64,000 nt of DNA. It comes from Candidatus Zipacnadia bacterium. Its GTDB lineage: Bacteria > Armatimonadota > Zipacnadia > Zipacnadales > UBA5352. Every line of letters begins with the position of its first letter. Positions within the stretch are counted from its first letter, which is position 1. Both the position numbers and the translations under genes were made by a program. The stretch spans positions 7,563 to 71,562 of the forward strand of contig JALGSU010000013.1 of assembly GCA_029821735.1 (NCBI GenBank). Reading direction: 5' to 3'. Shown piece after piece: positions 49,448 to 58,091 of the stretch. The notes under the pieces were generated by a model, which saw only the letters and a list, made by a program, of their open reading frames with translations, made no database searches and was not told the origin of the DNA.

Positions 49448-52400
49448 ATGCGCTCGAAGCGAGAATGGCTGCTGCTCCCCCTGCTCATCGGGCTTGCGAT
49501 CCCCGCCGCGTTGGCACAACCTGCACCGCCAGTGGTGCCAGTGCCCATCTGTGAACAGCCGCCGAGGATTGACGGCGTGCTCGATGATGTTTGCTGGGCT
49601 TCGGCGCAGGTGAGCGAGACCTTCTGCGACTTCGAGCTGAACGGCGGCGACTTCGCACCCAATCCCGACACGACGGTGCGGGTGACCACCGACGCGAGTT
49701 GGCTCTACTTCGGGCTGGAGTGCCGCCACCCCACGCCCGCGGACATGAAGGCGACCGTCACCGAGAACTACGGCGGGCGAGTGTTCGGCGATGAGTGCAT
49801 CAAGTTCTTCATCGACCCCGGCCTGGAGGGCGGGGGCAACTTCCGCTACGTGTTGAACTTCCGCAACGTCTACACACTGGGGAGGTCCTTCGCCGAGGCG
49901 GCATCGGTCCCGAATCTCGCATGGCCCTCAGCCACGAGCGTGATCGAGGATGGCTGGGTGGCGGAAGTCGCGATCCCGCTGTTTTACATGGTAGGCTACG
50001 CGGACCTGAGCAAGTTCCGCCTCAATGTCTTCCGCAAGAAGATCATCAAGGAATACGACGCGCAGCACGTCGAGGTGGGCTTCGACGAGTCCACCAGCAC
50101 CTGGGCCGCCACCGACGAGTGGCTCAACCTCGACGAGATGGTGCACCTGGAGGGTCTGGGCGTGATGCAGATCGCGTCCCCCTTCGTGGCCAACGTGGAC
50201 GACGTCTCGGTAGGCTCCCTGTATGAGGTCGACGGTGGGATCGCCTACGACGTGACCATGACACTGATGGCCATGACGGGTAGGGGAGGGCAGGCCACCG
50301 TCGAGGTAATCGAGACACCCCTCGACGGCGAGCAGCGGCGCGTGTCGGAGGCCTTCACGCTGGAGCCCCAGCAGGTTACCCAGGCGAAGCTGACGGTACC
50401 GGTGCGAACCCTTGGCCAGCGCGAGATCGAGGTCGTGGTGCGCGACACGGCTACGAACATGCCCTTGCAGACCGTGCAGGTCCAAGACACCTCCGGCTTT
50501 CAGATGCTCTCGGCCCTGGCACGACTGAGCTACTACACGACCGAGCCGACCGCAACCGTGACGTACACGGTGGGTATGCCTGCCGAAGCGCTGACGAAGC
50601 TGCGCGTGGTGGTCCGCGACGCCGCTGGCGCAGAGCTGGCGAGACTCGATTCACCCACGGCGCGAGGCGAGTTGCCGTTGCCGCTCGATGGCATCGAAGT
50701 GGGCACTCACACGCTTGCCCTGGCACTGGAGGGTCAGGACGGCCATCGTCTCTCGCAGGTCGAGTTCGAGCTGACGAAGCTGCGGCCAAAGCCCGGCTGC
50801 GAATGGAAGATTGACCGTCGCACCGGTGCGCTGAGATACGACGGCGAGCCGTTCTTCCCTGTCGGCTTCCTCGCAGGGCTCGACGACACTCAATACGCCG
50901 AGATCGCAGACGCAGGCTTCAACACTGTGGTCTGGTGGATGGACACGGACATGCCTTTCGGGGACGCTGTGGACATGGCGACCCGGCACGGGCTGAAGAT
51001 CATGGTCCGCCCGCAAGAGGTGGAGAGCCATGCCGAGGAGATGGAGACGCTCAAGCGCCACTTCGAGGGCGCGGAATATCAGGAGGCCGTCACCGGGTGC
51101 CGCGCCATGGTCCGCCTGAAGGGCTTCCTGCTCGGATCCCTGGCCGGCAGACTGACGCGCACGGAGCGCAACGAGATATCCGCCGAGTTCTTCGATCTGC
51201 ACCTGCCAGGCATCCTCGATAACGTGCGCTCCATCCGCGACATGCCCGCCCTGCTCGGCTACGACACCATGGACGAGCCGGTCTTCAACACCGCCGATCA
51301 GGACGTGGATTTGCGCCGCATGTATCTGGCGATCAAGGAAGTCGACCCCTACCACCCGATGCACGCGCTGTATTCGTCGAGCATCCCACCCGGCCCTCAA
51401 GCAACGAGCTTCGGCGACTGCCTCGGCACCGACCCCTACTGGACGCCGGGCCGCACGCTGCCGCGTGGATCGATCAACTGGATGTCGCAGACCACCGCGC
51501 GCACTGTGGCCCGAGCGCTCGAGGTCGGCCAGCACCCCTGGACGGTGCCGCAGGCATCGCTGTGGAGCGACGTCATCAAGCGCATGCTCACCGGCCCCGA
51601 GCAGATATGCCAGAGCTACCTCGCGCTGATACATGGCACCAAGTCGCTGCTGTGGTTCACTCATGGCTGGGTGGTCCAGGACAAGCAGTGGGAGGCGCTC
51701 AAGACCGTGGCGGACCACGTGAACCAGCTCGCGCCGGCGCTCACCGCCGAGGACCCGGCCCAGCAGATCACCTACCAGCCCGGAGTATGGGACCCGATTA
51801 AGGGTGAGTTGCCTGACGTGCAGGCGCGCCTGATGCGCTTCCCAGACGATGGCCGCTGGGTGCTGCTGGCGGCAAACGTGCGGCGCTCAGCCGTCGAGGT
51901 GGGCGTGCGTGTCGAGGGTCTCAAAGACTCACAGGCGCGTGACATGTTCACCGGGCAAATCGGCACGATCGAGGACGGGGCTTTCACTGACACACTGCAG
52001 GCGCGGGGCACGCGGGCCTGGGTGTTCGACCGCATTGAGGCCGACGGCCCGGTGACTATCGCCATCAACATCACCGCGCTGAGCGACGAGGGCGCCATCG
52101 AGGACGGTTACCGTCACGAGGGCCGCGTCGGCATGAGGAACATCGTGCCTAATCCCAGCTTCGAGGAAGCGACGGTGGAAGGCTTCCCCGACTACTACTG
52201 GCCCTACGACGGGTCAGCGTACCGAATCGGCTGGCACCACCGCGTCGGCGCTCCGGACGCAAGCCTCATCCTCGCCGAAGGTGGCGCCCAGGCAGGTGAT
52301 CGCTTCTTGCGGATCAACCCTTACGACCCGGAGATCGCCGTGGGGCTGTTTCTGCGCAGCGTCGCCCCTCAACACGCCGCACCGCAGCCCTACGTACTGT

Positions 52401-52636
52401 CATTCTACGCACGCACCAGTTCGGCCGAAGCGATCGCGGTAAAGACCAAAGCATTCGGCCACAATATGCCTGAGGTGAAGGTTGAGGGCTCCGAGTGGAC
52501 ACGCCACCAGGTGCAGCTCGAAGTGCCCGCACACGCCGACAGTCACTCGTGGCTTCTCATCATGGCCTCCGGCCAGGTGGATCTTGACGCGCTGCAGTTC
52601 GAGCAGGGCCGTGAGCCCACGGAGTTCCAGCCATGA
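49448..52636 (+). CDS. secreted glycoside-hydrolase-like protein (N-terminal CBM9-like module, TIM-barrel-like core, C-terminal CBM4_9-like jelly roll)
   Basis: Signal peptide is LLLPLLIGLAIPAALAQP. Modules: PPRIDGVLDDVCW (CBM9-like), GFNTVVWWMDTDMPFGDAVDMATRHGLKIMV (TIM-barrel GH-like) and NIVPNPSFEEATVEGF (CBM4_9-type). GAGAGGAAG lies upstream of the ATG. Confidence 0.8.
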   Translation: MRSKREWLLLPLLIGLAIPAALAQPAPPVVPVPICEQPPRIDGVLDDVCWASAQVSETFCDFELNGGDFAPNPDTTVRVTTDASWLYFGLECRHPTPADMKATVTENYGGRVFGDECIKFFIDPGLEGGGNFRYVLNFRNVYTLGRSFAEAASVPNLAWPSATSVIEDGWVAEVAIPLFYMVGYADLSKFRLNVFRKKIIKEYDAQHVEVGFDESTSTWAATDEWLNLDEMVHLEGLGVMQIASPFVANVDDVSVGSLYEVDGGIAYDVTMTLMAMTGRGGQATVEVIETPLDGEQRRVSEAFTLEPQQVTQAKLTVPVRTLGQREIEVVVRDTATNMPLQTVQVQDTSGFQMLSALARLSYYTTEPTATVTYTVGMPAEALTKLRVVVRDAAGAELARLDSPTARGELPLPLDGIEVGTHTLALALEGQDGHRLSQVEFELTKLRPKPGCEWKIDRRTGALRYDGEPFFPVGFLAGLDDTQYAEIADAGFNTVVWWMDTDMPFGDAVDMATRHGLKIMVRPQEVESHAEEMETLKRHFEGAEYQEAVTGCRAMVRLKGFLLGSLAGRLTRTERNEISAEFFDLHLPGILDNVRSIRDMPALLGYDTMDEPVFNTADQDVDLRRMYLAIKEVDPYHPMHALYSSSIPPGPQATSFGDCLGTDPYWTPGRTLPRGSINWMSQTTARTVARALEVGQHPWTVPQASLWSDVIKRMLTGPEQICQSYLALIHGTKSLLWFTHGWVVQDKQWEALKTVADHVNQLAPALTAEDPAQQITYQPGVWDPIKGELPDVQARLMRFPDDGRWVLLAANVRRSAVEVGVRVEGLKDSQARDMFTGQIGTIEDGAFTDTLQARGTRAWVFDRIEADGPVTIAINITALSDEGAIEDGYRHEGRVGMRNIVPNPSFEEATVEGFPDYYWPYDGSAYRIGWHHRVGAPDASLILAEGGAQAGDRFLRINPYDPEIAVGLFLRSVAPQHAAPQPYVLSFYARTSSAEAIAVKTKAFGHNMPEVKVEGSEWTRHQVQLEVPAHADSHSWLLIMASGQVDLDALQFEQGREPTEFQP

Positions 52637-53904
52637 GAATGAGCGCCGCCGTCATCGCAATCACCATCTGTCTGAGCGCCCATGGAGCGGTGAACTATCT
52701 GCCCGACCGCGATCTGCTGTGGGTCACTGATTACCCGGCGGAGCTTCCCTGCACACCAGGGCTGCTGGCGCGCGTCGATGCGGCCTTCGGCTGGGGCAAG
52801 GTCCAGTACGATGAGGCGAGCGATACCTGCACGATCGGGTGTAGCCTGTGGGTCGGCCGCAACGACGGGAGCGACACCTGGTTCCAGGTCGGCAGCCCCG
52901 AGTGCCCTGCTGAGACCCTCATCGTGCGCGGCGATCTTCGAGTTCACCCGACCTACCTGTCCACCGATAACGGTGAGGACTGGCGCAGGGGCAACCTGTC
53001 CTCGAACCGTCTGACGGTGGGCGTGAAAGACGACCCCTCCGTGCGAGCGAGGCTCCTCATCGACAACAGCGACCGTGCCGGGTACGTGCTTATCGTGGGC
53101 GGTCCCTCCGGTTACAGCAGCGAGAGCAATGGAGGAGAGCTGTGCGTGTACCACAGCACTATAGCGCCCCTCGGTGAGGTCCGCATCGGTGAGAAGGCGG
53201 CAGGCAGCAACTCCATGCCAATGGGCGGGCAGAAGCTCATCGAGCTGATTGACGCAACGGTCAGCGACGTGGCCGGACTGGCTTTCGGACGCAACATGGC
53301 GGCCGCCACCTTCGAGGGCGTGCGCTTCGAGCGCTGCGGCGGCGCAGTCCATGGCACTTACATGCAGACCATGACGGGCTGCACATTCGCCGACTGTGGC
53401 AGTGCCATCGTCGGCAGCTCTCGGTTCGACATCGTGCTCCGCGACTGCACCTTCGTCGGCAACGAGCGCAACTGGACGCTGCTCTACAAGCCGCTGATCG
53501 CGATCGACTGCGACATCGACTCGCTGGACAAGGGCAGCTACTCGGCCGAGCGCGGTACGTTCTTCATCGCCAAGCGACATGTGGTGGTGCAAGTGGTCGA
53601 CGCGCAGGGCAAGCCGGTCAAGGGCGCCGAGGTACGTGCCTCCACGCCGCAAGCTCCGCCCGCAACGGAGCACGACCTCGGCCAGGCCGTCACTGATGCG
53701 GCGGGGCGCACACCGGGCCGCGATGCAACTGGCGCGCTGGTGCTCAGCGAGGTGCTCTTGCGCGCGCCTGCGGAGGAGGGTGGCGATCCCCGGCAGATCG
53801 ACTACAGCTACACCATCGAGGTCCGAGCCGGCGACCGCTCCGGGCGCCTCGACGACTTCACCCCGCGCGAGAGCTGGCAGGAGGTCACCATCGAGGTGCA
53901 GTAG
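52633..53904 (+). CDS. secreted hypothetical protein with beta-helix-like core and carboxypeptidase-regulatory-like C-terminal domain
   Basis: The start overlaps the stop of the upstream gene (ATGA). Signal peptide is MSAAVIAITICLSAHGA. Repetitive short strands appear (FEGVRFERCGGAVHG, MTGCTFADCGSAIVG, VLRDCTFVGN). The C-terminus has VVVQVVDAQGKPVKGAEVRAS...TDAAGR. The longer antisense ORF 52543..54000 is Arg/Gly/Ala-rich and is rejected. Confidence 0.75.
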   Translation: MRMSAAVIAITICLSAHGAVNYLPDRDLLWVTDYPAELPCTPGLLARVDAAFGWGKVQYDEASDTCTIGCSLWVGRNDGSDTWFQVGSPECPAETLIVRGDLRVHPTYLSTDNGEDWRRGNLSSNRLTVGVKDDPSVRARLLIDNSDRAGYVLIVGGPSGYSSESNGGELCVYHSTIAPLGEVRIGEKAAGSNSMPMGGQKLIELIDATVSDVAGLAFGRNMAAATFEGVRFERCGGAVHGTYMQTMTGCTFADCGSAIVGSSRFDIVLRDCTFVGNERNWTLLYKPLIAIDCDIDSLDKGSYSAERGTFFIAKRHVVVQVVDAQGKPVKGAEVRASTPQAPPATEHDLGQAVTDAAGRTPGRDATGALVLSEVLLRAPAEEGGDPRQIDYSYTIEVRAGDRSGRLDDFTPRESWQEVTIEVQ

Positions 53905-54177
53905 AGCCCGCCCCCCCCAGCGCCCGCCCCGGTGGGCGACGACTGCGGTGCCTGTGCCTGTTGATAGCGTGATAATTGACGAGAAATGGAGATTGCGCAC
54001 GAGGACTATCGCTCATTGGGCTTGAAGTAAAGTGCATATGTGTTGCGGTCTCGCGGGATGAACGCAACTGGGATGTGCCGTTTGCTGGGCATCACGAGGC
54101 GAGCTGCAGGCTGAGGGCCAAGTCCTCACCGCACCGGACGGTGCCGCGCGGGACTTGGTCTTCTCGTGTTCCGGCAA

Positions 54178-54231
54178 ATCGGCTCCGAGGCTCTGAGAAT
54201 GGTGAGATGACGCAGCGATCGGCTCCGAGGC
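54178..54231 (+). repeat. two perfect 14-nt direct repeats ATCGGCTCCGAGGC, 40-nt period, upstream of beta-helix gene
   Basis: The copies at 54178-54191 and 54218-54231 are identical. The second copy ends 22 nt before ATG 54254. Confidence 0.6.
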
Positions 54232-54253
54232 CAGGTACAAAGGGTGAGAGACG

Positions 54254-55228
54254 ATGGGACGACGGGAGCGTGCGACGCCGATGAGACTGTTGGCGACGGC
54301 AATCTTCGCGGTGGCGATGGCGACTGGCGGCGTCCAGGCAGCGACTCTGAATGTGGGCCCCGGGCAGACATACACCACCATCCGGTCCGCGATCGACGCT
54401 GCTGCTGCGTCGGGTGACACCATCCAGGTGGCGGCCGGGACCTATACGGAGAACCTGGTCTGATCCACCAAGAGCATTCAACTCATCGGTGCCGGGGCGG
54501 GCGTGTGTGAGGTGAACGGGGGCGCGTCGGGCTCGTGCCTGGGCATGGACAACGTCCCCGCCAGCGCGCGCGTAGAGGGCTTCACCTTTACCAACGAGAA
54601 CGCGACAGACGGCGGCGGCATCCACTGCAGCAGCGCCTTCTCGCCGACCATCACCGGCAACACCATCAGCGGGAACACGGCGATATCCGGTGGCGGCATC
54701 TACTGCTTCGACAACTCCTCGCCCGCCATCAGCAACACCATCGTCGCATTCTCAGGCGGGGGCGAGGGCATCTACGATGCCGGGACCGGCACTCCGATGG
54801 TCACCTACTGCGATTTCCACGGCAACGCCGACGGCAACTATGGCAATTTCACTCCGACCGGATCCGGCAACATCAGCCAGGACCCGTTGTTCGCGGACGC
54901 CGCGAACGGCGACTTCCACCTCGAATCCACCGGAGGGCGGTATGACGGCACGCAATGGGTACGCGACAACGTCCAGAGTCCCTGCGTCGACGCTGGCAAT
55001 CCGGCCAGCTCATACGGCGCGGAGGCGCTGCCCAACGGCGGCCGGGTCAACATGGGCCGCTGGGGCAACACGAACCAAGCCTCGATGCCCGCGACCCGCG
55101 CGCCGCCCCTCGTTCCGGGGCGGCTTGTTCATGGGGATATGGCTATGGAATGGTTGGAGGTGGGCGGCAGAGAAGGAAGGTGTGGAGAGGAGTACGGTGA
55201 AGCCATTGCCGGCTGCCCCGCAATGTGA
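54254..55228 (+). pseudogene. secreted right-handed parallel beta-helix repeat protein interrupted by one in-frame TGA (54461-54463)
   Basis: ORFs 54254..54463 and 54503..55228 are in the same frame. The text reads through the stop as ...GDTIQVAAGTYTENLV*STKSIQLIGAGAGVCEVNGG..., the usual start of pectin-lyase-fold proteins. Downstream are the repeats GGGIHCSSAFSPTITGNTISGNTAISGGGIYC and the tail DPLFADAANGDFHL. The signal peptide is MRLLATAIFAVAMATGGVQA. Confidence 0.7.
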
Positions 55229-55324
55229 CCGGTGGGCCGCAGGTGCGCAAGCCCGCCGGGGACCGGGACTCTGGTAGCATCTCCGAACTGCGCTGCAGGT
55301 GTTGACGAAGGAGAATTTACTGAA

Positions 55325-56128
55325 ATGACCATCGCCAATGCCCAGCCAATTCCTCTGTGGACCGGCGAGACCCCCGGTATTGACACCGCCGATCCGGCCT
55401 TTCAGCCTACCATCACCCCCTACACGATCAAGAGTGCCACGCCGACCGGCTGTGTCATCGTCTGCCCTGGTGGTGGCTACTCACACCGGGCAGCCCATGA
55501 GGGCGCACCGATTGCACAGGCGCTGAACGACCGCGGCATCGCGGCATGTGTGTGTGACTACCGCGTCGCTCCCTACCGGCATCCATACCCGCTGCTGGAC
55601 GCCCAACGGGCGATCCGCTGGGTGCGGGCCAACGCTGCGGCACTGAATGTAAACCCGGGGGCGGTGGGCATCCTCGGCTTCTCTGCTGGCGGGCACCTGG
55701 TCTCCACTGCTGGCACACACTACGACACTGGCTGTGCCGATGGCGACGAGATCGACAGGGAGAGCTGCCGCCCCAATGTGATGGTGCTTTGCTACGCGGT
55801 GATCAGCTTCGGTGAGTTCAGACACTCAGGGTCGATGGCCAACCTGCTGGGTGAGAACCCGCCCGAGGAGCTTGTGCAGTCGCTGTCCAACGAGACGCAG
55901 GTGACGGAGGATACACCGCCGACATTCCTGTGGCACACTGCGGATGACGGCAGCGTGCCGGTCCAGAACTCGCTGCTGTTCGCACAGGCGTTGAGCGCGC
56001 ACGGTGTGCCATACGAGTTGCACGTCTACCGCAGCGGTCGTCACGGCCTGGGTCTGGCTCCCGAGTTCCCGCACGTAGCGAGCTGGATGGACCTCTGTGG
56101 CGAGTGGCTCAAAGAAGTGGGGTTCTGA
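55325..56128 (+). CDS. alpha/beta hydrolase, carbohydrate esterase-like (BD-FAE / acetyl-xylan-esterase-like)
   Basis: The nucleophile elbow is GFSAGGHL. VCPGGGYSHRAAHEGAPIAQAL...DYRVAP and a late D/H (TADDGSVP, GRHG) fit esterase/lipase-type alpha/beta hydrolases. No signal peptide is present. ATG 55325 has GGAG 12 nt upstream, and the ORF opens earlier at 55232. Confidence 0.8.
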   Translation: MTIANAQPIPLWTGETPGIDTADPAFQPTITPYTIKSATPTGCVIVCPGGGYSHRAAHEGAPIAQALNDRGIAACVCDYRVAPYRHPYPLLDAQRAIRWVRANAAALNVNPGAVGILGFSAGGHLVSTAGTHYDTGCADGDEIDRESCRPNVMVLCYAVISFGEFRHSGSMANLLGENPPEELVQSLSNETQVTEDTPPTFLWHTADDGSVPVQNSLLFAQALSAHGVPYELHVYRSGRHGLGLAPEFPHVASWMDLCGEWLKEVGF

Positions 56129-56139
56129 GGGAGGGGAGA

Positions 56140-56161
56140 GGCGGACAGAGGAATGTCCGCC
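56140..56161. terminator. hairpin in convergent intergenic gap (possible terminator)
   Basis: GGCGGACA-gaggaa-TGTCCGCC forms an 8-bp perfect stem with a 6-nt loop. It starts 12 nt after the esterase stop and ends 34 nt before the stop of the convergent gene. There is no U-tract. Confidence 0.3.
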
Positions 56162-56195
56162 CCCGAACTTGCTCCGCTGTCAGCTCAGGCCCGCT

Positions 56196-57254
56196 TCACA
56201 TCCCGGGGACGGGCCCGGTGAGGTCATGAGACAGGATGAACTGGTGCTGAGTGATGTCAGTGACTATGCCGATCGGCTGACGGGGCGCCGACATCGTCGC
56301 TTTCGTGCCGTCGCAGAACGTCTTCAGAGTCGGGCTATAGGTCATGACGTCGATCCGGTTCTCAGCCGGGTGGAAGCGCATCAGTCGGATGTAGCCGTCT
56401 CGGATGTCGGACAGAAGCTCGTGCACGATGTTATCATGCTCGCCCACCGTCTGCGTACGGAGCGCCTGCGTGCCTCTCTGGTCGCCGCACAGCACCATCA
56501 TCACGTTCGGATGCAGGCTCACGAGTTCGTCCCACATCTGCTGAGGGCTATTGCCGCGGTCCTCGCTCTTGTGACACTTGGTCCACTGCATTCGGCCCTT
56601 CGGGATGTCGGCATAGCTGCTGTCACCCCAGGGCGTGATCGGGCCGAGCCACATGTGCGTGGTGATAATCGCCCGGCGGTCGGGGTGCTCGCGCAGAACT
56701 CCGTCCGCCCATGCGAGTACATCATCCGGGGCGTTGCACTCAAGGTGCATGAAGAGCAGGTCCAGGCCCTCGACGCTGATGAGCTGGTAGCTGTTGGCGT
56801 TGTTGTCGGGTGTCCCGCCATACCAGTCGAACGCCTCGAAGCGGTCGGCACCGAAAAACTCCTCAAAGAGCGGCTTCTCGCCCCTTCCCGAACTCATGTC
56901 GTGATTGCCGATCGTGAGGCCGTAGGGGACCACACCATGCAGAGCATCTATGGCTCCCCTTGCGACCTCCCACTCCTCACGGACCTTCGCGCTGTTGACA
57001 ATGTCTCCCACGTGCGAGACGAACACGATCCGCTGCTCCTGCTGGTTGTCCACGATCCACTGCGTGATGGCCCCGAAGACCTCCTGACCCGACAGGTCCC
57101 CGCTGGGTGAGCCGCCATCGGCGTAGTCCTGGGTGTCCGGCAGCACAACCACCGTGAATGTGCCCTCGGGCGCCGGCGTAAGCTGGGCCGCGGCCGCTGA
57201 TGCCAGCGCCAGACACAGCGTGAACATCAGGGCCATAGTGGTATTGCGTCTCAT
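56196..57254 (-). CDS. secreted calcineurin-like metallophosphoesterase
   Basis: Motifs: VVLPDTQDY, VSHVGDIVN (GD), IGNHD (GNHD), TTHMW and VLCGDQRG. Signal peptide is MALMFTLCLALASAAAAQ. GGGGAGAG sits 5 nt upstream of ATG 57254. Confidence 0.8.
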   Translation of the reverse strand: MRRNTTMALMFTLCLALASAAAAQLTPAPEGTFTVVVLPDTQDYADGGSPSGDLSGQEVFGAITQWIVDNQQEQRIVFVSHVGDIVNSAKVREEWEVARGAIDALHGVVPYGLTIGNHDMSSGRGEKPLFEEFFGADRFEAFDWYGGTPDNNANSYQLISVEGLDLLFMHLECNAPDDVLAWADGVLREHPDRRAIITTHMWLGPITPWGDSSYADIPKGRMQWTKCHKSEDRGNSPQQMWDELVSLHPNVMMVLCGDQRGTQALRTQTVGEHDNIVHELLSDIRDGYIRLMRFHPAENRIDVMTYSPTLKTFCDGTKATMSAPRQPIGIVTDITQHQFILSHDLTGPVPGM

Positions 57255-57383
57255 GGCAACTCTCCCCGGTGCATGTCTCTTCACTGCGCGAGTGTTTCGA
57301 GTCGGATACCCGAGAGTCCTCCCGCCCCCTCCTGTAGGCGGCACGCAAATGGGGGCTAGGTCGGGGGCAGGTCGGTCCGTAAA

Positions 57384-57965
57384 TCAGCGTCGCGGCCTAT
57401 CGCCTGGGGCGGGTCTGCCGCGTTGAGCAAGCTTATTGATTTCCTCGTGTCGGAAGCAATCGGTTGTGTGATCATTCACCATGCCGACTGTCTGCATGAA
57501 TGCATAGCAGATTGTTGGGCCTACGAAGTTGAGTCCACGCTTCTTCAGATCCCTGCTCATCGCGCCGGATATTTCCGTTTTCGCCGGAATCTCTGCCATG
57601 GATGCCCATTCGTTTTGTATAGGGATGCCCTCAACATAGCTCCACAGATATGAGTCCAGTGAGCCGAACTCCTCCATGATCCTGATGACGCCCTGTGCAT
57701 TCTGGATAGCTGCAGGATCGCCAAGAAGACGGTCTACGTCACGTTGCGAGTAGCCCGCCACTGTTTCGCAATCAAAGGAGTGGAACGCCCTCCTGTAGTT
57801 CTCTCGTTTCTTCAGGATTGTCAGCCAACTCAGTCCGGCCTGTGCCCCCTCCAGAACCAGGAACTCAAACAGGAGCTGGTCATCGTGAATAGGATTACCC
57901 CATTCATCATCATGGTAAGCGATGTATAGAGGGTCTCTGCCACACCATTCGCATCTGTTCTTCAT
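57384..57965 (-). CDS. tag: DNA-3-methyladenine glycosylase I
   Basis: The N-terminus RCEWCGRDPLYIAYHDDEWGNPIHDDQLLFEFLVLEGAQAGLSWLTILKKRENYRRAF and the C-terminal FVGPTICYAFMQTVGMVNDH are nearly collinear with E. coli Tag as I recall it. GGAG sits 4 nt upstream of the ATG. The gene is visibly AT-richer than its neighbours. Confidence 0.9.
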   Translation of the reverse strand: MKNRCEWCGRDPLYIAYHDDEWGNPIHDDQLLFEFLVLEGAQAGLSWLTILKKRENYRRAFHSFDCETVAGYSQRDVDRLLGDPAAIQNAQGVIRIMEEFGSLDSYLWSYVEGIPIQNEWASMAEIPAKTEISGAMSRDLKKRGLNFVGPTICYAFMQTVGMVNDHTTDCFRHEEINKLAQRGRPAPGDRPRR

Positions 57966-58091
57966 TTCTCTCCTGCGCCCAACGACCTGCTAACTAGTGT
58001 GTTGTTGGTCGGCGCGTTCCGGGCCTCTGAAGGTGATCATGGCAGCCCATTGCTGTGGCGGACCGGGTGGTTGGTCAGCTGACCTCGGCGA

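Noticed and set aside
52543-54000. A 485-aa minus-strand ORF that is longer than the overlapping plus-strand ORF 52633..53904.
   Set aside because: Its composition is shadow-like (runs of R, G, A and H). The plus-strand ORF has a signal peptide, balanced composition, recognisable repeats and an ATGA coupling to the upstream gene.
54461-54463. The in-frame TGA as selenocysteine, or as a genome-wide TGA sense codon.
   Set aside because: Many well-delimited genes here end in TGA at the expected lengths (for example the ABC ATPase). No convincing SECIS-like hairpin follows the codon, and no selA/selB/selD genes are in view.
58073-58084. A 12-nt perfect palindrome GGTCAGCTGACC just downstream of the GH28-like gene stop.
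   Set aside because: As RNA it gives only a 4-bp stem, and as a protein-binding site it is a single occurrence. It is not distinguishable from chance.
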